A stretch of 64,000 nucleotides of DNA from Octopus vulgaris (Eukaryota): NCBI GenBank assembly GCA_951406725.2, contig OX597826.1, forward strand, positions 34,534,001 through 34,598,000, given 5' to 3'. The notes under the pieces were generated by a model. That model was not told the origin of the DNA. It ran no database searches and saw only the letters and a list, made by a program, of their open reading frames with translations. Shown here piece by piece: positions 1-12,967 of the stretch. How positions within the stretch are numbered: position 1 is the stretch's first letter; each line of letters opens with the position of its first letter. A program made the position numbers and the translations under genes.

Positions 1-1492
1 CGCTAGAAATAAGAGCTAAAGTGCTCTAATCCTTCAATCAATGCACATAATTCTATACGTACATACTGGTAGCGTCAGTAAACTGCCGAATGTAGCAGCC
101 GTGATAACCGTGAACCGTCAACATATACAGATATATGCAAAACCGCTTCATGATTAATCTTCGCACGGATACCCATATAAACCTCTTATACATTTGTGGA
201 CATAACTTTCTAAGTTGCATGCAAATCCTAAGAAATATCCACTTGTCAGAATCATTCATTAAAAATTAAGTCACTGTTTTCTTTCGGTTATTGAATTGAA
301 AATTATTTTTCTCGGCATTTAGTTCAGTCATGAATCACTTGCATGCTCGCCAATTAAAGTCTATGATTTAATAAACGAACAGTGTCATTTAAAAACAGAG
401 AAATCAGAACCAGTGAAATGTTATCAGTGAGCGAAATATAGATTCCGATGTTTTGACGAACTGTCTAAACCGTATCATATCAAGAAATGTTAACTTCAGA
501 GCACAAGATTCAAACACTGTGTACTAACTTGTAAATGGCGTTTATGGGTCATATGGAAACCTGAACCGTTTGATAGATTACTTTCTTCTCACTGAGCACC
601 TCTGTATAATCATGGTAAAATTACCAGAGAAAGAATTAACATGCCGAAGTGCTGCTGTAGTACATATTCCTGGCAGTTAAGAGAAAATATTAGAGTAAAA
701 TGAATTAGTCTTTCCACTACAATATGATATGCACTATATAACCTATATTAACACGAACAGAAGAACTGTAAAATTTATAATACAATGCTATTTCGATTAG
801 GCGTTTAATTCTATTATAATTAAACTAACAAAATAAAACAAATCTTCTATACACACACACTCACATATACTAACACACACACACATATTGTTTCGTACTC
901 CACGCGCTCGTTTCAAACTCCCCACTTCGTATGAATATCACCATAATATTATTCCTCCTCCTCATCATCATCATCGTCATCCTTCTTCTTCAAGTATTTG
1001 TGGTACATGAATGGCTTATATAAAAAGGTAACCAAGTTCTTGAACTATATGCATGTTCAGAACGTTCTAAGGAATTTGACCATCATAACACGAAAGAATA
1101 AACAGCAAAATAATTCTTTAAATAATATAAAAAAACATATATATAGGAAAATAAAATGATTAGAAATGAAAAATTCTCATAAATGTTAAGAAACTAGATT
1201 GTAATAAAACAGAAAAAGAATTATTTTCAGTTGAAGACAATTGAAATTACATGACTGAAGTAGAAAGTCTGCGTAATGTAAGAAAATGCTAGAAGCCTGT
1301 TTAATGAATTGATTTAGTTTGAAAGAAATAATTTCGCCTTTACTCCTTGAATCAGTATGATAATTAAAATGACAGAAAACTATAACAATGTTTATTTAAT
1401 TTTCCCTACATTGCAGTAAATGATTTGCATTGAATAATTTGAAACTAAATGAAGAGAATGAAGATTTGTACACACATACATACATCCATGCA

Positions 1493-1659
1493 CCCATCCA
1501 TTCATCGATCGATCCATCCACCCATCCATCCATCCATCCATCCATCCATCCATCCATCCATCCATTCATACATACATTCATACGTACACACACATACCTA
1601 AATGCATGCATACATGCATACATATATACATAAATACATAGATATACATATATACATAG

Positions 1660-1705
<46 letters not shown>

Positions 1706-1860
1706 GTACGTACGTGTGTGTAGATATAAATGTACCTGCACAAACAGTAACAATCACATAGTTAAGGGGATGATGTGCGGGAGTGTGAGCACGAATATAC
1801 ATGTGTGTTTGTGTTTGTATGTGTATGTGTGTGTCTGTGTGTGTATATGTGTGTGTAAAT
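1493..1860. repeat. Compound microsatellite (CCAT)n/(CATA)n/(TA)n/(TG)n
   Basis: Directly visible short tandem repeats. Representative of dozens of TA/CA/GA tracts in the window. Confidence 0.95.
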
Positions 1861-2443
1861 ATAATATTTAACACACACGCGCACACGCGTACTCACTTTA
1901 TATAATTAAAAGATATAGCTGGATCAAGAGAGCGTCTAGAATCACAGTCATAATGTCGCGGTGGTGTTGGAGGACATCAATAGTAACAAGAATTTTTTAA
2001 AATTAATTTCAGTTGAGGCATTGGTAGCAGCGGGTATATATGCCGACCCTTTTCTAATATATTTCTTTGAATTCAATGTAAACATCACCATTACAACAGC
2101 AGTTCATCTTACCTATGGAAGCTCGTACTTTAATTGAGTGTGGTTCCTAGTATGAACTGAGCATGTAACAATGGCACTGACATGCATAGATATATTCATG
2201 CTTTCGCACAGGAACACACACATGCAACTTTAAAAATGTATATGTGTACGTACACACACACAAACGCACACACACATAAACACACACTTTTGTATGTATA
2301 TATTTATATATAGATATCTTCATATATGTATATATATTTCCTTTACTAGTTTCAGCCAGGGAGCAGCGGCCATACTAGAGTATCGCAAATGCTGGATTTC
2401 AGCCATGTGTATATATATATAAGTATACAAACCTTTATACATG

Positions 2444-2491
<48 letters not shown>

Positions 2492-4544
2492 TGTGTGTGT
2501 ATGTGTGTGTGCATAAATATATATACGTATATATATATATATATGCATGAATATACATGTATATAGATCTACTCAGATAAATAAAGAGATAAGTGTAGCT
2601 TTTTACATTCGGGTGTGGTCTCAGCCTTACACTTGAACATAAGAATAACAATGTAAATACTAATATTTTTAAAACATACTGGAATAAAGTGAATCCGCTC
2701 AGTCTCTTAACATGTTCGAAATAGCCGTAGAGTAACCTTAGATTTTCTACATCGTCTTGTGTTATAAAACAAAACTACTGTGGACAGTTGCCATTCTTTT
2801 ACTGAAACAGTATGTTTTAGTATAAAATTGGAATGCCTTTGATCGTCGATTAGCTTTTTTACATAACAGCTTTGCGGTAGTTGCATTCAACAACCCTGAT
2901 TGATCTGCCAGTTGTTTTGCATCTGTCGTTACAACTGCGGCCAGGAAGCTACGATGTCTCATTTGCACTAACGCAGGCCATCTCAGGAGTTTCTGTCTGC
3001 AGGATAGGAAGATAAAAGAAAGAACAAATCTGTTGCACTGCCTATGCCATTGAAACGACGATGACGACGACCAATACAACAACAACGACAACAAGAACAA
3101 ATAAACCAGCAAAGAGTAACGTGCGATGACAACTGCAGCAGGAACAGCAAATGTAACAACTGCAAATGCAACACCTGCAGAAACGCAAAAGACAGAAACA
3201 GCAACCTCAATACTAACAACAGCAGCATTATTAACAATAGAAACAGTGGCACCGCCCAATTAAGCAACAGAAGCGCCAAAGGCAACGACAACAACTAAAA
3301 AACAACAACATCAACATCGGAAATAGAATCCCAAAATCCCAACACCTCATCACAAAATATATACCCGTCTCCACTACCATCTCCCGAAATATGAGCGATA
3401 AGGATGACAATGGTTATTCCCGTTTAAAAGAAAAGAGGAAAACAGAGAGTAAAAATTCTCAGTAGATATGAAGGGACTTGAAGAGAATACAATACCCTAT
3501 CTAATCACCATCATCATTTTAGCAGTATCAACAATGCAAACGCCCACAGATTAAGGTTAGGTGTTCAAACCCTGCAGAGATCAAGTTTACGTTTCATCTG
3601 TTCGATAATATAAAGTACCAATCGAGTGTTGATTTTCTCAACTCTTTCGCTCCTCAACAATTGCTGCTACTGCTGCTGCTGCTGCTACTGTTGTTGTTAC
3701 TGCTGTTGCAGTTCTTTTATTGACGAAAATATTGTTAACGACGTAGCGGTGGTCCATAATGAAAGCCAAGAGTCATACCGCGACATTTTGAGTTCAAATT
3801 CCCCTGTGGTTAACTTAGCTTCACCTCTCATGAAACCAGGAACTATTCAATCAGCTGTATACACACAAACGCAAAGCATTGTTAACATCGTGCCAATATT
3901 TGTAAATCATTATTCCACGAATAGCAAATGTATTTCAACATAATCACTCAACCTGATCAACATAGCTACCAAATATCCGGCAAAAACCTGCCTTTAATCT
4001 CTTGCTGCCATTAAAACGTGAACCTCATCTTTTAAGTTCTAAGTCTTAGGGCAGCAAGCCCTAATGTAAAACCAGATGGCCTTGGCTGGAAAAGCTGATC
4101 AAAGGCTCCGTTTTCTGCGATTACTCTTGTGTCAGAGATGTGCTGATGCGGAACATACAGGACTAACTCGGCAACAACAAATACAACAACAACAACAACA
4201 ACAACGACACCTATGTTCACAGATTTGGAAATTGTTTGAAAACCATTTGCTCTTTCAGTCTCCTCCTGTATGCGTGGTGTGTGCGTGTAAGCGTAAGTGT
4301 GTGTGTGCGTGTAAGTGAATGTGTGTTTCTGTGTGTAGTCAACAATATGAAAATATCAATATGCGCATATTCATGCTTGTGTGTTTCGGCGTGTGTGTGA
4401 GTATGAATAATTGCGTTCGAAAGTGTTCATGCTTAACACCAAATGCTAAAACATGCTTTTGTTTTTGGTCTATCTATTTGAGATGTGAACATGCAAGTTA
4501 ATGTATTTTTGTGTCTATGAATATGTGTTTGAAGCTATAGTTGA

Positions 4545-6095
<1,551 letters not shown>

Positions 6096-6584
6096 CGTGT
6101 AAGTGCAATGGAATGTAATATAGACCCTAAAACCGGTAAGCTATGCAACCAGCGAAAGTTATTAAATGTATTAAAGATCTTTACGTGGTTGAGTATGTAT
6201 TATTGGACTTTAGTAGATGGAGAGAAGATATTATTTTTAATATAAAACTGATCAAATTGCTTAGACCAAAGGTTATTCCTTAGTGCAAAAAAGTGGAAGT
6301 AAAATGTTATAGAATAAAAAAGCTGTCGACATTATTTAGCAGTTTTAGGTGAGCAGTTACAATTAGCGCAACGGCAGAAGTTAACGAATGTCGCACTAGT
6401 TTTATGACAATCAATAAACAGCATGCTTTTGGAAGTGTGTTCAAGATTAAAGGATGTATTTCTATGCAGATGTATTTCTAAAAGATGACAGCCCTGTTAC
6501 TTTGTTGTTACTTCCAATCTGTCTCTCATACTCACTGTATGTATGCATTTATGTATATACGTACGTATATGTATATGTAAATCA

Positions 6585-6616
<32 letters not shown>

Positions 6617-6653
6617 TGATTTCGAAAATAGTAGAAGTGAAAACACACATATC

Positions 6654-6692
<39 letters not shown>

Positions 6693-6774
6693 GTATATGA
6701 AAATATGTTGTCTATTGACTTTGTATACATGCTAGGCCACTGGCAGTGAAATTTCTAAAAATATTTGCTACCCT

Positions 6775-6840
<66 letters not shown>

Positions 6841-6859
6841 GTATTTGTATCTTTGTTCG

Positions 6860-7000
6860 TAACATAGTAATTTGACTCAAGAGACTGATAGGATAGGTAC
6901 CAGGCTTACCAGAATTACTAAGGTCGAAATTATTCGACTAAAAGTTCTTCAAAGCGTTGCCCCAGCAAGGCCAGAGTCTAATGACTGAAACAAGTAAAAA
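6860..7000 (+). mobile_element. SINE family B, 3' fragment (degenerate)
   Basis: aagagactgataggataggtac...cgactaaa...ccagcaaggcc...tgactgaaacaagtaaaa matches 12830-12950. Confidence 0.75.
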
Positions 7001-8512
7001 ACACGATATGTGCTCGCGCGCGCGTGTGTGTGTGAGTCTGTCTTTGTGTGTATGTGTGTGTCTGTGCATATGTGCTACATATCTTAAATTATGCCTAGTT
7101 CAGCTAGTGTTGCTAACCTAAATTTATGAGCAACATAAATACATCTATTGCCTTAACTAAAATTAAATGCTGAATCGAAATTTAGTTTTATTTATCTTCT
7201 TCGCGACTTACAAACACTGCTTCCTCCTGAAGCATTTATTTCCAAGAGGATATCAGTGAAGAAAATAATATGTCTGTTGAAGGAAATTATAGAATGTCGT
7301 CGATTGATGCAAGATGGCTGTTAGCCAAGTTGTCTCCCCTCTTTGCTTCATTCCATGTAGACTTAATACTTCTCTCTTCTCTTTTTTTCCTGCTCTCGCT
7401 TTCGTTTATAATTATATTTCATGCATTAAGAAGTTAGTTGTGAGATTAACCTCACTGATATCCCAGATTTCAATACCATCGCTGTTTTGATACCTGTAAG
7501 GCACTGAATCAACATTAGGAAAGGGTTTGTTAAAGTATTGAAGGGGAGAATGAGAAAGTTGAAGATACAAATACAGATTCGAAAAGAGCGAATGAACAAC
7601 AGAGAGAGAGAGAGAGAGAGAGAGAATGAGAGAGAAAAACAGAGAGGGAGAGAGAGTAAGGAAAGATGAAGAGGAGATGGTAAGATAGGGGGAGGATGTA
7701 AGAAGGAAGATTGGATGAAAGTGTTTCTCCTTAAGCGGATAACGGGCGTTTCTGATTGGATGGATATCAAAAAAGATAACATTGGAAGGAAATGGTTGAA
7801 ATTTCTGGCAACCAGATTAACTTTTAACCGAATTCCTTATTGTGGTGCCGACAATGGAAGTTAAAGATTTAAGATATGGTTACACGCAAAAAGAAAAATA
7901 AATAAATAAGTAAATAAATAAATAAATATGTGAATTAATCCAGCATAGCACATGGAGAATGTTAAATACTGAGTTTGTTTTCAAAAGCTCTTCCTAGGTT
8001 CATAATAATTCTTCAGAATATAAACCCTCTTCATGTTGGCAACAGTAAAGAAAGACAGAGAGGTGTAGGCAATTTGTCGGCGTTATTTGCACATGCTTAT
8101 CTAGTTATTCCTACAATGAAATTATCCTCAATCGTCTTGTCGTTCATCTGTAGAGAAAGCAAATATTTTCAAATAATCCCCTGATTTTATTTAAGCAGCC
8201 ATATTGTTCATATTACATCATCTCTGGCTTGAGAATTATTTCGCTGAAAAATAAGTAGATTCCTGAGACTGTAGAACACTGGAGTAAGTTCAGTGAAGAC
8301 AGGACTGAATATCGAACTTCTTGGTAGAGAGTTCAAATCTGCGAATGAAAATATTGCAATCGTATATTAATTGAGTTTGGTGTGTGGTTCTAACCACTAC
8401 TCCAACATAAGTATCACTAAACGATAAGCATCAATATTGTTCAGTATTTGTTGCATAAAACACCTTCAATCTCAGTTAATGATTATTTCTCTGTTTATAG
8501 ATTTGAAAATAT

Positions 8513-8822
8513 GGCGGTGAGCTGGCAGAAACGTTAGCACGCCGGGCGAAATGCGTAGACGTATTTCGTCTGCCGTTACGTTCTGAGTTCAAATTCCGCC
8601 GAGGTCGACTTTGCCTTCTTTCGGCGTCGATAAATTAAGTACCAGTTACGCACTGGGGTCGATGTAATCGATTTAATCCCTTTGTCTGTCCTTGTTCGTC
8701 CCTTCTATGTTTAGCCCCTTGTGGGTAATAAAGAAACAGGTATTTCGTCTGCCGCTACGTTCTGCGTTCAAATTCCACCGAGGTCGACTTTGCCTTTCAT
8801 CCTTTCAGGGTCGATTAAATAA
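8513..8822 (+). mobile_element. SINE family A (tRNA-like head, Meta/MESC-like central domain) plus partial tandem copy
   Basis: ggcggtgagctggcagaaacgttagcacg...gagttcaaattcc (B box)...gaggtcgactttgcc...aagtaccag...gtgggtaataaagaaa. Near-identical to 19009-19227 and 51220-51449. Partial second copy at 8740-8822. Confidence 0.9.
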
Positions 8823-8825
8823 TCT

Positions 8826-9159
8826 TGACATTTCCAATTTTTTACAGGTGTCCAAAAACAGATGTGCGAGATGTTTGGAGTTCTGATGAGAGTTTTCAAA
8901 CCTTTGTTCTCGAATTTTGTTCAACCAAAGCATTTAATCTATCATGCCGAATAACTGGTTTTGGCCTACCCCTTGGTTTATTTTCAACTCTATTATCCCC
9001 TGAACGAGAGCTTTGAAACCATCTTTGAACAGTTCTGATGTCAACAAAAACATTACCAAAGGTCCTCTTGATATTCCGTAGAGCTTCTTCGGCAGAGTGA
9101 CCCAGTTTGTACTCATACGAGAAAATCACTCAGCATAGTATGGCTGTTATCATTTTCAT
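8826..9159 (-). pseudogene. Mariner transposase N-terminal HTH fragment
   Basis: YEYKLGHSAEEALRNIKRTFG...TVQRWF...ENKPRGRP...LNALVEQN matches the Mos1/Hsmar1-type DNA-binding domain. Contains a stop and frameshift, and ends at the SINE. Confidence 0.85.
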
Positions 9160-9477
9160 AAGGTCTGTGGGTACGAATTTTTATACCAATATTGTTAGGA
9201 AAGAAAAAAAGAGTCAAGATTAAATGCAAGGTATACACAATTGAGTTTTTAAATTGAAATAAGTAATTAAAACTGCGACATTTCATGTAAAACAACTTAA
9301 TAGTAGTTATTCCGAAAAACGTACTCACCGTTTGACGATACTATGATACATTGACTTCATTTACTCAGGTGTATGACCCTATAATATGAATGGATCTATC
9401 CAGAGATTTTCTTTCCTTTCTACACATCGTAACTGTACGTCGAATTCTGAAAACAATAGTGTGCCTTGAGGCAATAA

Positions 9478-9637
9478 CGCCTGATGGCCGATATTGGTGT
9501 GTTTGCGTCCCCGTGACCTAGCGGTTCTGCAAAAGAGACCGATAGAATAAGTAGTAGACTCACAAAAAATAAGTCTTGCGGTCGATTTGTTCGACTAAAA
9601 GTGGTGCTCCAGCATGGCCACAATCAAATAACTGAAT
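9478..9637 (+). mobile_element. SINE family B, 3' half
   Basis: ggtgtgtttgcgtccccgtgacctagcggttctgcaaaagagaccgatagaataagta...ggtgctccagcatggcc. Confidence 0.85.
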
Positions 9638-10911
9638 ATAATACCTTCTAAATCAAGTTGAAAATCGAGAATTTCGAACAGAAATATTAGTCAATACGAT
9701 ATACCTAGTACTTGATGAGCAGTTTTGATTGTAGGCACTGAAGAGCTAAAATGTGAAGCTGAAGATGGCGGGATTTGAACGCAGACCATAAAGAGCCTGA
9801 ACGGATACTGAAATTACTGTTTTGCAGCGCTCTAACGCTTCTGTCTGCCCATTGTCATTTAAACATACATTAAATAAGACATCGTTGACTGGCCACTTTA
9901 TTGAAAACGTATTTCCTCTTAATGAAATTGTTTAATGCTTTTAACTACTTGCAGTGCGCAAGTGTTTCCATTCAGAATTATCTTTACATGTGTTATATGT
10001 TGTTCAATCATGTATCCCTGGGTGATAATGGTACACTAGATACCTGATATTATTCTATTCAGTGCCTCACTGCGATATTATTTAACACCAGCTATAAATC
10101 ATAACATTTCTCTAAATATCATAGGAAAGATACGTTTGAGCGGAAGGTTTGTTTCTGTCTAGAATGAAATCATAATTGTATAGCAAACGTGCCGACACTT
10201 ATCACAAAGTTTGTTTGATGTTAACGTTTGTCGATCGGTATTAATGTCAAATATTAAGCACGGCTTTGAAGTAACATGTCTTATGCTTCTCAGTCAATTG
10301 ACAGATTGACCAAACGGTAATAAACCGGAAATATGCACTACTGACAGAGAACTGCTATGTCATTGGTTCCCTGTCCTTCTCTTTTAAGTAATGTTTTTTT
10401 TTAATTGCTAGGAAATTTAGAGTAAATAAAAAAAAATAGTCCACTTTGTGCATCAGGTAAAAATGGTTTGAAGCCTATTTACATATGTTGGTTATAAATA
10501 TAAATAATTTAAACTAGAGATTGCGTAAACTTATAGGCTGCAATTTATGCATGCAACGTTAGATAGAATACCTCGAGGTATGTGCTTCGAATCAATGCGT
10601 TCTGAGTTCAAAGCACGCAAATATCATCATTGTCTTTCATTCACTCAGAGTCGTTAAAAAATACCGGACAGGAGTAATGGTTTCCTTGAGGGGTTCGATA
10701 AACGCATTTCAGCTTTGGATGAAATGCATTGTGATATCTATTCCCACATCTTGTACTCTGGCAATACACACACACATACACACAAACAACCCACACACCC
10801 TCAAATATATATGTATGCATAAGTATTATATTTATACTTACATATATACACATACATACACACAGATACATATACATGTGTATGCATATGTATTATATTT
10901 ACACATACATA

Positions 10912-11072
10912 GACGTAGAAGTGGCTGTGTGATAAATAGCTTGCTTCAGAATCACATGGTTCCGGGTTCAGTCTCGCTGCGTCGCACTTTAGAGAAGTAC
11001 CTTCTACTATAACCTCGGGCCGACCAAAGCCTTGTGAGTTGATATGGTAGATAGAACTGAAAGAAACCCGTC

Positions 11073-11073
<1 letters not shown>
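10912..11073 (+). mobile_element. SINE family B, 5' half (tRNA-derived head); its TA tract hosts the 360-bp array
   Basis: gtggctgtgtgataa...ggttcagtc...ctactataacctcgggccgaccaaagccttgtgagt...gaaagaaacccgtcg(TA)n, homologous to 12563-12726. Confidence 0.85.
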
Positions 11074-11112
<39 letters not shown>

Positions 11113-11273
11113 AGGGACTAAAGCCATCTGAATATGGCTAGGGACAGGGCAGGGTGGTGGGGGTGTTACTGTTGCATTTAGCCCCAGGCGAACATCGACG
11201 TCACCAGAAAGGCTCGACACCGTCACGGTGCCCTTAACCTGCAAAGGGAGGTAATTCCCCGATGAAGCGGAAA

Positions 11274-11323
11274 CCACACACGGACCATGGTTTCAAGGTG
11301 TATTGCCTATCGTCGGCGTGTGG
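11274..11323 (-). ncRNA. Type I hammerhead ribozyme, variant core (copy 1)
   Basis: Minus strand reads CCACACG-CCGACGA-U-AGG-CAAUACA-CCU-U-GAAAC-CAUG-GUC/CGUGUGUGG. Stem I CACACG:CGUGUG, stem II AGG:CCU, palindromic stem III ACCAUGGU. Predicted GUC cleavage between 11283 and 11282. U4 is replaced by C. Confidence 0.75.
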
Positions 11324-11633
11324 TAGGCTTCCGCTTCCTCGACGAACTCTCACTCTGCAGGATATTCATATATAGATTTTCAAGCAAAATACATTTGCTG
11401 ATTTCGAAAATCTGTTCGAAAGCAATAATAATTCTCTAAAAGAGATATAGACAGTAACTGCTCGATAACATAAGGGACTAAAGCCATCTGAATATGGCTA
11501 GGGACAGGGCAGGGTGGTGGGGGTGTTACTGTTGCATTTAGCCCCAGGCGAACATCGACGTCACCAGAAAGTCGCGACACCGTCACGGTGCCCTTAACCT
11601 GCAAAGGGAGGTAATTCCCCGATGAAGCGGAAA

Positions 11634-11683
11634 CCACACACGGACCATGGTTTCAAGGTGTATTGCCTATCGTCGGCGTGTGG
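11634..11683 (-). ncRNA. Type I hammerhead ribozyme, variant core (copy 2)
   Basis: Identical to copy 1, 360 bp away. Predicted cleavage between 11643 and 11642. Confidence 0.75.
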
Positions 11684-11865
11684 TAGGCTTCCGCTTCCTC
11701 GACGAACTCTCACTCTGCAGGATATTCATATATAGATTTTCAAGCAAAATACATTTGCTGATTTCGAAAATCTGTTCGAAAGCAATAATAATTCTCTAAA
11801 AGAGATATAGACAGTAACTGCTCGATAACATAAGGGACTAAAGCCATCTGAATATGGCTAGGGAC

Positions 11866-11900
11866 AGGCAATACACCTTGAAACCATGGTCCGTGTGTGG
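11866..11900 (+). ncRNA. Truncated hammerhead (copy 3), core 5' half removed by the inversion junction
   Basis: AGGCAATACACCTTGAAACCATGGTC/CGTGTGTGG is present. CCGACGA and the 5' strand of stem I are absent. Confidence 0.65.
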
Positions 11901-12210
11901 TTTCCGCTTCATCGGGGAATTACCTCCCTTTGCAGGTTAAGGGCACCGTGACGGTGTCGAGCCTTTCTGGTGACGTCGATGTTCGCCTGGGGCTAAATGC
12001 AACAGTAACACCCCCACCACCCTGCCCTGTCCCTAGCCATATTCAGATGGCTTTAGTCCCTTATGTTATCGAGCAGTTACTGTCTATATCTCTTTTAGAG
12101 AATTATTATTGCTTTCGAACAGATTTTCGAAATCAGCAAATGTATTTTGCTTGAAAATCTATATATGAATATCCTGCAGAGTGAGAGTTCGTCGAGGAAG
12201 CGGAAGCCTA

Positions 12211-12260
12211 CCACACGCCGACAATAGGCAATACACCTTGAAACCATGGTCCGTGTGTGG
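12211..12260 (+). ncRNA. Type I hammerhead (copy 4) with G8A substitution, probably impaired
   Basis: CCACACG-CCGACAA-TAGGCAATACACCTT-GAAAC-CATG-GTC/CGTGTGTGG. Predicted site after 12251. Confidence 0.65.
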
Positions 12261-12471
12261 TTCCCGCTTCATCGGGGAATTACCTCCCTTTGCATGATAA
12301 GGACACCGTGACGGTGTCGAGCCTTTCTGGTGACGTCGATGTTCGCCTGGGGCTAAATGCAACAGTAACACCCCCACCACCCTGCCCTGTCCCTAGCCAT
12401 ATTCAGATGGCTTTAGTCCCTTATGTTATCGAGCAGTTACTGTCTATATCTCTTTTAGAGAATTATTATTG

Positions 12472-12556
<85 letters not shown>

Positions 12557-12562
12557 TATATA

Positions 12563-12952
12563 GGCGTAGGAGTGGCTGTGTGGTAAGTAGGTTGCTAACC
12601 AACAACATGGTTCTGGGTTCAGTCCGACTGCGTGGCATCTTGGGCAAGTGACTTCTGCTATAGCCCCGGGCCGACCAATGCCTTGTGAGTAGATTTGGTA
12701 GACGGAAACTGAAAGAAGCCTGTCGTATATATGTATATATATATATGTGTATGTGTGTGTGTTTGTCCCCCTAGCATTGCCTGACAACCGATGCTGGTGT
12801 GTTTACGTCCCCGTCACTTAGCGGTTCGGCAAAAGAGACCGATAGAATAAGTACTGGGCTTACAAAGAATAAGTCCCGGGGTCGATTTGCTCGACTAAAG
12901 GCGGAGCTCCAGCATGGCCGCAGTCAAATGACTGAAACAAGTAAAAGAGAAA
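12563..12952 (+). mobile_element. SINE family B, full length
   Basis: A box (tggctgtgtggtaag), B-box-like ggttcagtccc, CORE-like cttgggcaagtg, internal TA/TG tract, tail tgactgaaacaagtaaaagag. Confidence 0.9.
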
Positions 12953-12967
12953 GAGAAAAGTGAATCT

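Larger units (their letters stand above)
11105..12473. mobile_element. Tandem plus inverted array of a 360-bp hammerhead-containing unit (putative non-LTR retrozyme insertion)
   Basis: Period of exactly 360 bp (e.g. 11281-11460 = 11641-11820). Left arm ~11105-11868 and right arm 11866-12473 are reverse complements joined at a 3-bp AGG overlap. Flanked on both sides by (TA)n. One hammerhead fold per unit. Confidence 0.85.

Noticed and set aside
2762-3294. 165-aa and 103-aa hydrophobic ORFs
   Set aside because: Derived from decayed (CAA/CAG)n sequence with no domain or splice support.
8880-8910. CTGATGA-GAG..TTC-AAAC hammerhead-like string
   Set aside because: Lacks G12 and lies on the antisense of the mariner coding fragment, so likely coincidental.
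11255-11300. Opposite-polarity hammerhead look-alike CCGATGA-AGCG-GAAACCA...TGGTT
   Set aside because: No stem II pair and no stem I complementarity. Probably a by-product of the self-complementary rod.
11925-12010. HDV-like ribozyme (GGCTAA followed by ATGCAA, with TTGCA upstream)
   Set aside because: Could not build P1, P3 and P1.1.
11897-12154. 85-aa ORF MVSASSGNYLPLQ... repeated in each 360-bp unit
   Set aside because: Starts at GTG with no upstream in-frame ATG, has no recognisable domain, and in-frame stops prevent rolling translation. Its recurrence simply reflects the repeat.
11105-12473. CRISPR array or simple dinucleosomal satellite interpretation
   Set aside because: No repeat-spacer structure and a eukaryotic context. 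Low copy number, TA-embedded insertion and the ribozyme fold favour a retroposed RNA.
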